Shown here: positions 8,991-16,892 of the stretch, in pieces | Layout of the letters: the number at the start of each line of letters is the position of its first letter | Position numbering within the stretch: the stretch's first letter is position 1 | The notes under the pieces: model-generated | What the model was told of the DNA's origin: nothing | Database searches by the model: none | What the model saw: the letters and a program-made list of their open reading frames with translations, nothing else | Position numbers and translations under genes: made by a program | Assembly: GCF_001564455.1 (NCBI RefSeq) | Contig: NZ_CP011391.1 | Span: forward strand, 300,001 to 332,000 | Direction: 5' to 3' | DNA: 32,000 bases | Source: Faecalibaculum rodentium | Lineage (GTDB): Bacteria; Bacillota_I; Bacilli_A; Erysipelotrichales; Erysipelotrichaceae

Positions 8991-9360
8991 ACTGAAACTG
9001 AAGCGGAGCTATGAGCCCGAATCTGAAGAGGATGGGGCGCGGATCCTGGTGGACCGGCTGTGGCCGCGGGGAGAGTCGAAGGTGAAGGCTGACTTGACGG
9101 AGTGGGACAAGTCCATTGCCCCGGAGAGCGGACTGCGCAGGGCGTTCCATGAGGGAGAACTGAGTTTTGAGGAATTCAAAAAGAAGTATCTGGCACAGCT
9201 GGATGCCTCTGACGACGCCAGGGTCTTTGCCAGCCATGTGAAGGACCTGCTGGAGAAAGGGAATGTAACGCTCCTGTTTGCCAGCAAAGACGAAGCTCAC
9301 AACAATGCGGTGGTGCTGAAGGAGTGGCTGGACCAAAAGCCGGGACTGGACCGGTCCTGA
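8983..9360 (+). CDS. DUF488 (YeaO-like) family protein
   Basis: 'RILVDRLWPRG ... W.K..AP ... LLFASKD..HNNAVVLKEWL' is the typical DUF488 pattern. AAAGGAG RBS at 8965-8971. The ATG overlaps the upstream stop (ATGCATGA). Confidence 0.8.
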   Translation: MHELKLKRSYEPESEEDGARILVDRLWPRGESKVKADLTEWDKSIAPESGLRRAFHEGELSFEEFKKKYLAQLDASDDARVFASHVKDLLEKGNVTLLFASKDEAHNNAVVLKEWLDQKPGLDRS

Positions 9361-9381
9361 CAGAGCACACAAAGAAACACA

Positions 9382-9418
9382 CGGGCAGCTGATCCCTGTT
9401 GGGCAGGCTGTCCGTTTT
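9382..9418 (+). terminator. Terminator candidate after the DUF488 gene
   Basis: CGGGCAGC (9382-9389) pairs with GCTGTCCG (9407-9414), 7/8 paired, followed by TTTT. Confidence 0.5.
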
Positions 9419-9471
9419 CTTTGCAGGCAGGGTTACCGGTACAGGTCTGTTCCTGTATCGGTCAAAAAAAG

Positions 9472-9524
9472 CAGTAAAATGACTGCTCTTTTCCGAGAAT
9501 TATCAGTGACTTTACTGCTTTTTC
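9472..9524 (+). repeat. Left copy of an about 53-bp imperfect direct repeat flanking the ATPase gene
   Basis: Ungapped alignment with 10966-11020 gives 41/55 identities by hand. Each copy holds two CAGT-N6-ACTG mini-palindromes, each followed by a T-run. Confidence 0.8.
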
Positions 9525-9558
9525 CTGAATTGACAGGAGTGATTCATACATTGTGCGC

Positions 9559-10914
9559 TCAGTTGAAATCCGGAACCAGCGGGTCCCAGATCAGCCGCTG
9601 CTGTTCTTTCAGTGCGTAGAACATGATCATGTAAAATGGCAGATACAGTATTTCTCCTTCTGCTTTCACGTCGCTTTTGCAGAAGACGATTTTCCGCTGA
9701 AACTGCCAGTCCTTTACCTGCAGTGCCTTGTCCAGAGCCCTGTGCTTTTTATAGTCTTTTCCTGATTTGATTTCCAGAATATCGATGTCTTTTCCGTTCT
9801 GCACAACAAAGTCCAGTTCTCCTGTGGACTTGGAATCATAATAAAACAAATCCAGTCCCTTCGATGCCAGCGCCTGGGCAAAGACGTTCTCCAGAATACT
9901 GCCGGAATTGATGTCCAGTTCTCCCTGCAGGAGCTCGAATTGAATATTGCCAAGGCTCATGGCAGTCAGCAGACCCGTATCATTCAGGAACAGTTTGAAC
10001 AGGTTTCTTTTTTCATTCAGACGGAGAGGAGATACAGGTGCCGATGTATTGTAGCAGGGGAGGGCGACGCCGGCTTCTTCCAGCCAGAGAAAGCTGCTTT
10101 CCAGGCCCCGCATCTGCTGTCCCTTTCCCAGCGCATTGAGACGGAACCGGCGGTTTTTGTCGTCCAGCTGAGAGGGAATGGAATCGAAAATCTGACGGAT
10201 TTTCAAACTCATGAGCCCCTGTGCGTATTTGAAAATATCCTGCCGGTACAGGGACAGGATTTGTTTCTGAATATAGACGGTCTCTGTAATGTCCCGGGTA
10301 CTGACATAGGTCTGCACCACTTCAGGCATTCCACCCACCACGATATACGTTTCAAAGATTCGCAGCATCCGGTCATGAACCGCACCTTGCACCGCCTGTC
10401 TTCTTTCAAAGCAGTCTTTGAGATACTGTATGGTTTCCAGCGGATAGTTCAGCGCCCAGAGAAACTCCTCAAAATCCATGGGATACATATTGAGCTGTTC
10501 CTCAAATCCTACCGGCAGAGATTTGACCGGATTATACTGGATCCCGAGAAGAGATCCCGTTTCCAGGTAATGTGCGGACCCTTCTTCGACCAGAAACTTA
10601 ATGGCGGTTCTTGCCGCAGGACACTCCTGAATCTCATCCAGAATCACCAGCGTGTTTCCCGGGATGATGGATTGCCCGGTGTAGGCAGTCAGCTGAGTAA
10701 GGATCGTTTCCGCTGCTCCCTGACGGAAAATCCTGGCAGCTCCAGGATCGTTATAGAAATTGATTTCGATGACAGCGTCATAGTTCTGCTCGCCGAAATG
10801 TCTGGCCAGTGTGGATTTTCCCACCTGGCGGGCACCCATAAGGAACAGCGCCTTGGACCTGGCCCGTCTGTTTTTCCACTCCAGCAAATCCTGATACAGT
10901 TTTCGTTTCAGCAT
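9559..10914 (-). CDS. AAA+ superfamily ATPase (AAA_14 + DUF4143 architecture, COG1373-like)
   Basis: Walker A 'GARQVGKST' and Walker B 'LVILDEIQ'. The C-terminal region is typical of DUF4143 proteins. GC is lower than in the flanks (one 60-nt line counted at 43%). Confidence 0.85.
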   Translation of the reverse strand: MLKRKLYQDLLEWKNRRARSKALFLMGARQVGKSTLARHFGEQNYDAVIEINFYNDPGAARIFRQGAAETILTQLTAYTGQSIIPGNTLVILDEIQECPAARTAIKFLVEEGSAHYLETGSLLGIQYNPVKSLPVGFEEQLNMYPMDFEEFLWALNYPLETIQYLKDCFERRQAVQGAVHDRMLRIFETYIVVGGMPEVVQTYVSTRDITETVYIQKQILSLYRQDIFKYAQGLMSLKIRQIFDSIPSQLDDKNRRFRLNALGKGQQMRGLESSFLWLEEAGVALPCYNTSAPVSPLRLNEKRNLFKLFLNDTGLLTAMSLGNIQFELLQGELDINSGSILENVFAQALASKGLDLFYYDSKSTGELDFVVQNGKDIDILEIKSGKDYKKHRALDKALQVKDWQFQRKIVFCKSDVKAEGEILYLPFYMIMFYALKEQQRLIWDPLVPDFN

Positions 10915-10965
10915 AAATTACACCGCCTTCACTTCTTTTAGAACATCTCTGATTTATGGAAAAAT

Positions 10966-11018
10966 CAGTATTTTTACTGCTTTTTCTCAGGAATTATCAG
11001 TCATTTTACTGATTTTTC
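10966..11018 (+). repeat. Right copy of the about 53-bp imperfect direct repeat
   Basis: See the left copy. CAGTCATTTTACTG (10998-11011) is the exact reverse complement of CAGTAAAATGACTG (9472-9485). Confidence 0.8.
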
Positions 11019-11203
11019 TAAAAAGAGCCTGCATGCACCTGTGACAGCGCCCACGGTAACCAGCCAGTTTTCCGCCGATCCCGCAATCCCCTACTGGCAA
11101 ATACCTCAGGATCCGTGACTGAGGGAAGCGCAACGCCTTCCGGCGGTCTATAATGAAGAAGACATTGAACGCTCAAATCAAAGAGGCTGAAGGAGGAACT
11201 CAT

Positions 11204-12283
11204 ATGCTTCGAATCGGAATGCTGACCAGCGGCGGCGACTGCCAGGCCCTGAACGCCACCATGCGTGCAATTTACAAATCTGTGGCCCACAACGCAAAGG
11301 AACCCTTTGAATTCTACGGATTCCAGGATGGGTACAAGGGCCTCATGTACAACAAATACAGAATGCTGACAGGGGATGACTTCACGGGAATCCTCACCGT
11401 CGGCGGGACGATCCTCGGCACAAGCCGGGTACCGTTCAAGGACATCCGCAAGCCGGATGAAAACGGCAACGACAAAGTCGAGATGATGAAACATACCTAC
11501 AACGAGCTGGAGCTCGACTGTCTGGTGGTGCTGGGCGGCAACGGTTCCCTGAAGACCGCCAACCTGCTCTCCCAGGAGGGACTGAATGTCATCGCCATGC
11601 CCAAGACCATCGACAACGATCTCTGGGGAACGGACATGACCTTCGGGTTCCAGTCCGCGGTGGACATTGCCACGAGGGCAATCGACGAGATCCACACCAC
11701 GGCATCCAGTCACGGACGGGTGTTCATTGTGGAGATCATGGGGCACAAAACCGGCTGGCTGCCGCTGAATGCAGGCATTGCCGGCGGCGCGGACATCATT
11801 CTGCTGCCGGAGATCCCCTACAGCATGGACAAGATCGTGGAGGTCATTGAGAAGAAGAAGACCAACAACGCCGGCCGGTTCATGATCCTGGCGGTGGCCG
11901 AAGGCGCCATTTCCCAGGAGGACAAGAAGCTGTCCAAGAAGGAATACAAGAAGCAGCTGCAGAACTACATGTTCCCGTCGGTGTCCTACAAACTCGCGGC
12001 GGAGATCGAAGAACGCACGGGGCGGGAAGTCCGCGTCACGGTGCCCGGGCACACACAGCGCGGTGGCATGCCGGATGCCTACGACCGGGTTTTTGCCAGC
12101 CGTCTGGGATCTGAAGGCGGGCGTATGATCTGCGAAGGTGCCTTCGGGTTCATGGTGGCATACAGAAACCGGGAAATTGTCCGGGTTCCCCTGGAAGATG
12201 CCGCCGGCAAGCTGAAGCTCGTGCAGCCGGATTCGACGATCATCAACGAAGCCCGTATGCTGGGGATCAGTTTCGGAGACTGA
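11204..12283 (+). CDS. pfkA: ATP-dependent 6-phosphofructokinase
   Basis: Motifs 'GMLTSGGDCQALN', 'PKTIDNDL' and 'PGHTQRGG'. AGGAGG RBS at 11191-11196 supports the ATG at 11204 rather than the ORF-track start at 11153. Confidence 0.9.
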   Translation: MLRIGMLTSGGDCQALNATMRAIYKSVAHNAKEPFEFYGFQDGYKGLMYNKYRMLTGDDFTGILTVGGTILGTSRVPFKDIRKPDENGNDKVEMMKHTYNELELDCLVVLGGNGSLKTANLLSQEGLNVIAMPKTIDNDLWGTDMTFGFQSAVDIATRAIDEIHTTASSHGRVFIVEIMGHKTGWLPLNAGIAGGADIILLPEIPYSMDKIVEVIEKKKTNNAGRFMILAVAEGAISQEDKKLSKKEYKKQLQNYMFPSVSYKLAAEIEERTGREVRVTVPGHTQRGGMPDAYDRVFASRLGSEGGRMICEGAFGFMVAYRNREIVRVPLEDAAGKLKLVQPDSTIINEARMLGISFGD

Positions 12284-12284
12284 C

Positions 12285-12878
12285 ATGCCGGCATTTCCGA
12301 TGTTTGTGGATCTCTCACAGAAATCGGTGCTCATTGTCGGCGGCGGTCAGATTGCCCTGCATAAAGCAAAAGCCCTGGAGCCCTTTGGCCCAAGGCTCTT
12401 TGTTGTCGCACCGGATGTGGACACCGCCTTTGATGAGATGCCCTCTGTCACGGTGCGTAGAAAGGAATACAGCGAGGATGATCTGAAGGGCATGGATATG
12501 GTCGTAGCTGCCACGGATGATTATTGCCTCAATGCACAGGTGGCGGCGGATGCCGGAAAACACCAATTGCCGGTGAATGTGGTGGATGAACCGGATCTGT
12601 GCGGGTTTTATTTCGGCAGCATGATCACCGAAGGAGATCTGACTGTTGCAGTTTCCACGGATGGGGCCAGTCCTGCCGCAGCCAGAGAGCTGAAAAAGAG
12701 GATCCGGGAGGTACTGCCCAGGGATGTGGAAGCATCTCTGGCGGTGATGAAGGCCCTGCGGCCCTTGGTAAAGCGGGTGTATCCGGATCAGAAACAGCGA
12801 AGTCGGGTGCTCAATGGGCTCACGAAGCGGGTGATGGAGGCGGATGCGGTGTGTGAGGGAGAGACAGAGAAAAAATAG
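12285..12878 (+). CDS. sirC: Precorrin-2 dehydrogenase / sirohydrochlorin ferrochelatase (SirC / CysG N-terminal-like)
   Basis: N-terminal Rossmann motif 'VLIVGGGQIALHKAKAL', about 200 aa, and an 'AVSTDGASPAAAREL' motif typical of Met8p/CysG-N/SirC. The start lies 1 nt after the pfkA stop. Confidence 0.8.
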   Translation: MPAFPMFVDLSQKSVLIVGGGQIALHKAKALEPFGPRLFVVAPDVDTAFDEMPSVTVRRKEYSEDDLKGMDMVVAATDDYCLNAQVAADAGKHQLPVNVVDEPDLCGFYFGSMITEGDLTVAVSTDGASPAAARELKKRIREVLPRDVEASLAVMKALRPLVKRVYPDQKQRSRVLNGLTKRVMEADAVCEGETEKK

Positions 12879-13011
12879 GGGAGTCAGTCAGCTTTAGCGG
12901 CATTCCGAATCTGTCTACAGCAGCGGACAGGCACAGGAGCTCAGATCAGACCATCTGTCCGGACAGTACAGGTGGAACAGGGGGACAGCCGTAACAGGTG
13001 ACCGGATATGT

Positions 13012-13060
13012 AAAAGCCGCAGGACGTTACGCAGTATTGCGCATAGGTCCTGCGGCTTTT
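13012..13060. terminator. Strong bidirectional terminator-like hairpin
   Basis: AAAAGCCGCAGGAC (13012-13025) pairs perfectly with GTCCTGCGGCTTTT (13047-13060). The loop carries an inner CGCA/TGCG stem. Confidence 0.6.
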
Positions 13061-13311
13061 GTCGTGATGAAGGATGCAGCCGCCATGAATATCAGGCAGG
13101 GAGACAGGCAGCTGTATGGTCGCTGATCTCTCTCTGTCGAAGTTGGAATGGACTCCAACTTTTGGTGAAATCTGCCGCCAGTTGGAGTGCGTTTGCATAC
13201 TGCCGGGGCAACCTTTCCCGGTGGTTTCCCATGGTATTTGCCAAAATGTATCCCCTATATGGCGGTTGATTCATCATCCCAATCAAACAGTACCCCGGAT
13301 ACGATGTTCAG

Positions 13312-13328
13312 TCTGATGAGAAACAGAA
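13312..13328 (+). repeat. Left copy of the 17-nt direct repeat TCTGATGA[G/C]AAACAGAA (putative island junction)
   Basis: 16/17 identical to 18457-18473 in the same orientation. Lies where composition drops from about 60% to about 40-50% GC. Confidence 0.55.
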
Positions 13329-13433
13329 CGCAAGATGGCAAGATAACAATATGATTACCAATTGATGGACAGATAAACAAAATATAAGTAAAATTGAGAC
13401 TGGGTTTAGTAATACTCCAAAGAGGTGATGACC

Positions 13434-13742
13434 ATGCATGTTACTCCATCTTTTGTTGAATCAGTATTATCTGCCTATCCGTTTGCACTGCTCATGATTC
13501 GTGATGAGAATTTGCCGGAGGAATCAGAGCTGAAAACAATCTCCAGACTGATCATTCAGTTTTATGCTCAGTGGGCCATCCGTCTGGATTCACTGGAGAA
13601 AGAAGCAATTGAGCTCCGTTACTTTAAGCGGAAGTCATTGGCAGAGATTGCAGCCGAACTGGGATATGAGAACCACAGCTCTGCAAAACGGCTTATTGAC
13701 CACACCGTGAACCGAATAGCTGAGAATGTCAGAAGCATCTGA
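13434..13742 (+). CDS. Small sigma-70 region-4-like / ArpU-RinA-like HTH protein
   Basis: C-terminal 'EKEAIELRYFKRKSLAEIAAELGYENHSSAKRLIDHTVNRIAENV' resembles a sigma region 4 HTH. No region 2 is present. AGAGGTG SD at 13421-13427 favours the ATG at 13434 over 13428 or the GTG at 13425. Confidence 0.6.
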   Translation: MHVTPSFVESVLSAYPFALLMIRDENLPEESELKTISRLIIQFYAQWAIRLDSLEKEAIELRYFKRKSLAEIAAELGYENHSSAKRLIDHTVNRIAENVRSI

Positions 13743-13866
13743 TATAAGCTATTTATAAGGATTTAATTCGGATATATAGCACATATGTGCCTGAATATTT
13801 CGTTATTCTGAATATGCAGACAACGACCGGTCATATTGTCTGAACAGAAAGAATGGTGATTATTTT

Positions 13867-16104
13867 ATGGCAGACAGCTTTGTACTGGAAGCACAGAAGT
13901 ATCTGAATGAAACGTATGGACACAACAGCAACTGGGTTCATCTGGACGAAAACGGTATGACGGGTGGATTGATGATGGAAGGCCTGGTCAGGGCGTTTCA
14001 GATCGAGCATGGAGTTCCCAGCGTTACGGGATATCTTGGACCCTATACAGTGAATATCATGCGTTCTCTGAATGACATTGAAAAAATGGATCCTTCAGAC
14101 GAACCTTCCAGCGATGTGAAACTGATTCAATGCGCGCTGTTCTGCAAAGGGTATCACGCAGGAGGAATCACAGGCATTTATTACACAAATGGTGTAAATG
14201 CCGTCAAACAGTATCAGGAAGATGCCGGGTTCAAAACCAGCGGTGTGATTGACTGGAAAGTCTGGCAGGGACTTTTCTCCATGGGCTGGTTTCAGCTTGT
14301 TCCAGGAGGAGATCCAACGCTTCGTGTAATTCAGCGAAGCATCAATGCGGACTGGTCCTCAGTCATTGGTGTCCAGCCATGTGAAGGCGTCATGAGCCGG
14401 AATACAGCTCTGTCTCTCATTGGATGCCTGCAGGGTGCACTGAATCTACAGACATGGATCCCGGACCTCACTTCTGTGGTCTTCGGGCCTGCCACTCAGT
14501 CGGCATTCTCTCAGCATCCTCTTTACGAAGGATGCTCAGAACCGGCACTGGTGAAGATTGCAAAATATGCGCTGTACTTTTACGGATTTAGCCAGACTGA
14601 ATTCTCCGGTACCTTTACCAGTGGAATGCGGCTCAACGTTGCAAACTTCCAGAAAGAGTACGGACTGACAGGACTGGATGGGGTGATTTCAGGACAAATT
14701 CATCTGACTACAATGATGTCTCTGCTGACCAGCAGAGGCAATCCCAACCGTCCCTGCACAGGCGGAGATACTTCACAGATCCTGTCCAGACAGATGTGTG
14801 ACAACCTGAAAGCAGCCGGATACAACGTAATTGGACGCTATCTGACTGGAACAGTTGGCGTGGGTGCGGCAGAACGCCCGAAATCCCTCACACCCGAAGA
14901 AATCAGGAATATTCAGGATGCAGGACTGTCGGTTTTTCCCATCTATCAGAATGGCGGGTATTATGCTGACTATTTCAAAATCAGTGGACGCGGATCCTAT
15001 GATGCGGTGACAGCGCTGCGGACTGCATCTGTCCTGGGATTTCCGGAAGAAACAGTGATCTATTTCGCGGTGGATTTCGACTGCATGAGTTATCAGACCG
15101 AGTCACTGATCATTCCATATTTCAGACAGATCGCGAATGCCTTCAGACAAGCCGCGTTCAATCCCAAAAACTACAAAATCGGTATATATGGACCCCGTGA
15201 AGTCTGCAGGCAGATTTCAGCAGAAGGTCTGGCGGAGTATTCATTCGTTGCGGATATGTCCACCGGATTCTCTGGAAATCTCGGATTCCCGATTCCCTCC
15301 AACTGGGCTTTTGATCAGTTTGATCAATTCACGTTTGGGCCTTCTCCCGCTTTTCCCCTTGATAAAGTGGCAGTATCCGGTCGTGATGGAGGAGCGCGAA
15401 AGAATGATGTGGGCGGATCTGTGACCACTGCGGAAATGCTGCAGGAAGCCCGAAGCAAGTTTACACGTCGAGTATTGTCTGCGCTTGGTTTTACAGCCAG
15501 AAAGCGGATCGACTTTGAATTTGAAGTGGGTGAACAGGTTCTGCCACCAGTATCCTCTGGAGGATTAATCATCTACCCGAGCATAAAAGAAACCGTCACA
15601 GTTCCATTTGGAGAAGATGATAGTGGTGTTATTTCTGTAAATACTCTGGACGGGAAACTTGATATCGATCTCACAACCACATTGGCTGAGATTCAAAATG
15701 TATGCGACAGTAACTCGATTAGTATAGATTTATCAGCAATGCTGAAAAATATCAGCTATGCAATTCGGAGCGGTGCAATGAAATACACCTATACGATTAA
15801 TTCCGACGGTTCAGCAACTTTTGATATTTCCATTGGTACAGACGATCTGCAGTCAGTAGAAGGAGTAGCGGGAAGTATCGGTATTGTGCTAAGTATGAAT
15901 ATTAAGTTCACAGATTCAAATGCCTATGAATGGGTTAGAGAAAGTGAAAAGCAGAAATATACAGTAGCAGCAATGGCGTTTGTTGTTTTACTTCCAATTA
16001 CAAATCCCATATTGATTGAACAAGCAAAAATTGTTCTGGTGAAAATCGTTGAGACTCTGTCTTTTGGAAGACTCATTCTGCAGGGAAGTCGAAAGAAAGA
16101 ATGA
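13867..16104 (+). CDS. Multidomain cell-wall protein: peptidoglycan-binding-like repeats + DUF1906 (Rv2525c/GH25-like) domain + unrecognised C-terminal domain with hydrophobic tail
   Basis: About four PGBD-like repeats in aa 1-290 (e.g. 'VKLIQCALFCKGYHAGGITGIYYTNGVNAVKQYQEDAGFKTSGVIDWKVWQGL'). The DUF1906-like core spans aa about 295-510 ('NVIGRYLTG', 'VFPIYQNGG', 'IYFAVDFD', 'KIGIYGPREVC', 'FVADMSTGFSGNLGFPIPSNWAFDQF'). No N-terminal signal peptide is visible. Confidence 0.75.
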   Translation: MADSFVLEAQKYLNETYGHNSNWVHLDENGMTGGLMMEGLVRAFQIEHGVPSVTGYLGPYTVNIMRSLNDIEKMDPSDEPSSDVKLIQCALFCKGYHAGGITGIYYTNGVNAVKQYQEDAGFKTSGVIDWKVWQGLFSMGWFQLVPGGDPTLRVIQRSINADWSSVIGVQPCEGVMSRNTALSLIGCLQGALNLQTWIPDLTSVVFGPATQSAFSQHPLYEGCSEPALVKIAKYALYFYGFSQTEFSGTFTSGMRLNVANFQKEYGLTGLDGVISGQIHLTTMMSLLTSRGNPNRPCTGGDTSQILSRQMCDNLKAAGYNVIGRYLTGTVGVGAAERPKSLTPEEIRNIQDAGLSVFPIYQNGGYYADYFKISGRGSYDAVTALRTASVLGFPEETVIYFAVDFDCMSYQTESLIIPYFRQIANAFRQAAFNPKNYKIGIYGPREVCRQISAEGLAEYSFVADMSTGFSGNLGFPIPSNWAFDQFDQFTFGPSPAFPLDKVAVSGRDGGARKNDVGGSVTTAEMLQEARSKFTRRVLSALGFTARKRIDFEFEVGEQVLPPVSSGGLIIYPSIKETVTVPFGEDDSGVISVNTLDGKLDIDLTTTLAEIQNVCDSNSISIDLSAMLKNISYAIRSGAMKYTYTINSDGSATFDISIGTDDLQSVEGVAGSIGIVLSMNIKFTDSNAYEWVRESEKQKYTVAAMAFVVLLPITNPILIEQAKIVLVKIVETLSFGRLILQGSRKKE

Positions 16105-16264
16105 TAGTCTGCAAGATAATAACAAGATAATAAAAGGAATCAGTCTGGGTCATTCAAGTAATCAGTATCATATTGCTGAGAGAAGTGGAATCTGTGAATT
16201 GAGACAGACTTCAGAATTTGCTTCCTATTAGTACTAAAAATGGTATAAATATCTTACGGAGAAG

Positions 16265-16298
16265 AAATCCGGTTTAGTAGTTAGCCGGATTTTCTTTT
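16265..16298 (+). terminator. Terminator candidate after the 745-aa gene
   Basis: AAATCCGG (16265-16272) pairs with CCGGATTT (16285-16292), followed by TCTTTT. Confidence 0.55.
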
Positions 16299-16379
16299 GT
16301 ATTGCCTTATATACTACGACAGCTATTTTTGTATGCACTATGCCATCATTCTTGATTTCCCAATATAGAAAGGAAATAT

Positions 16380-16892
16380 ATGAAAAATCAGTCTTCTGTC
16401 ACTGGCACGGCAACTCAATACAGAAGAATGTCTGTTTTCTGGAAAGCCGTGATGCCTGTTTCCCTGTTTATGCCATTGTTGTGCGGTGTCTGTGCTTCAC
16501 TTTGGCTATTCGTTTCTGGATTGTCGTTTCTCTCTGTGGTTGTTCTTCTCCTATACGTGGCGGTGTACAGACCCCGGAAAAAGGACCTGGCGCAGCTGAG
16601 AGTCCGTCCGGATTCCTGTCCCTTTGCAGCTTCTGAGGCAGGCATTGCCTTTCCTGACTCGGATTTGACAGTAAACTGGAACCAAATCCGGAGTTGGGCA
16701 GGGGAAAAAGAAGGCGTAGTTGCCACGCTTGACTTCTCGCCCTTTGACCTGCCCGATACGCTGGAGACCAGAGTCCTGGTCCATGAAAACGGGATTTCCT
16801 GCAGGTTGACACCAGACTCTCATCAGGACAGACAGGTCCTGATCCAGCTGTTTCGTTCTTTTGGACCGTACCGTGAAGGAGAGAAACAATGA
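16380..16892 (+). CDS. 2-TM membrane protein with small C-terminal soluble domain (type A, copy 1); possible bPH/YcxB-like fold
   Basis: Two hydrophobic helices (aa about 22-45 and 48-63) are followed by about 100 soluble aa. Paralogous to the 17430-17962 gene ('FAASEAGIAFPDSDLTVNWNQIRSW' versus 'FTASAAGIEFTGTDTVIGWKQVRKW'). GAAAGGA RBS. Confidence 0.7.
   Translation: MKNQSSVTGTATQYRRMSVFWKAVMPVSLFMPLLCGVCASLWLFVSGLSFLSVVVLLLYVAVYRPRKKDLAQLRVRPDSCPFAASEAGIAFPDSDLTVNWNQIRSWAGEKEGVVATLDFSPFDLPDTLETRVLVHENGISCRLTPDSHQDRQVLIQLFRSFGPYREGEKQ

Noticed and set aside
11149-11154. TATAAT hexamer about 50 nt upstream of pfkA as a promoter -10.
   Set aside because: There is no acceptable -35 at 16-19 nt spacing, so it is too weak to call from sequence alone.
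12879-13433. Small ORFs (12941-13198 -, 13092-13286 -, 13116-13316 +), and a search for a tRNA or tmRNA that could serve as the island attachment site.
   Set aside because: The ORFs have no SD and no recognisable protein features, and they overlap each other. No tRNA-like T-arm or acceptor features were seen. The recurring GGACAG motif and the 12-bp palindrome CTGTCCGGACAG (12955-12966) were noted but have no interpretable context.
16049-16636. ORFs 16049-16231 (+) and 16340-16636 (+) around the gap between the 745-aa gene and the membrane-protein array.
   Set aside because: The first overlaps the end of the 745-aa CDS out of frame. The second is an alternative frame of the A1 gene with no SD. 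The A1 frame is supported by paralogy with A2.
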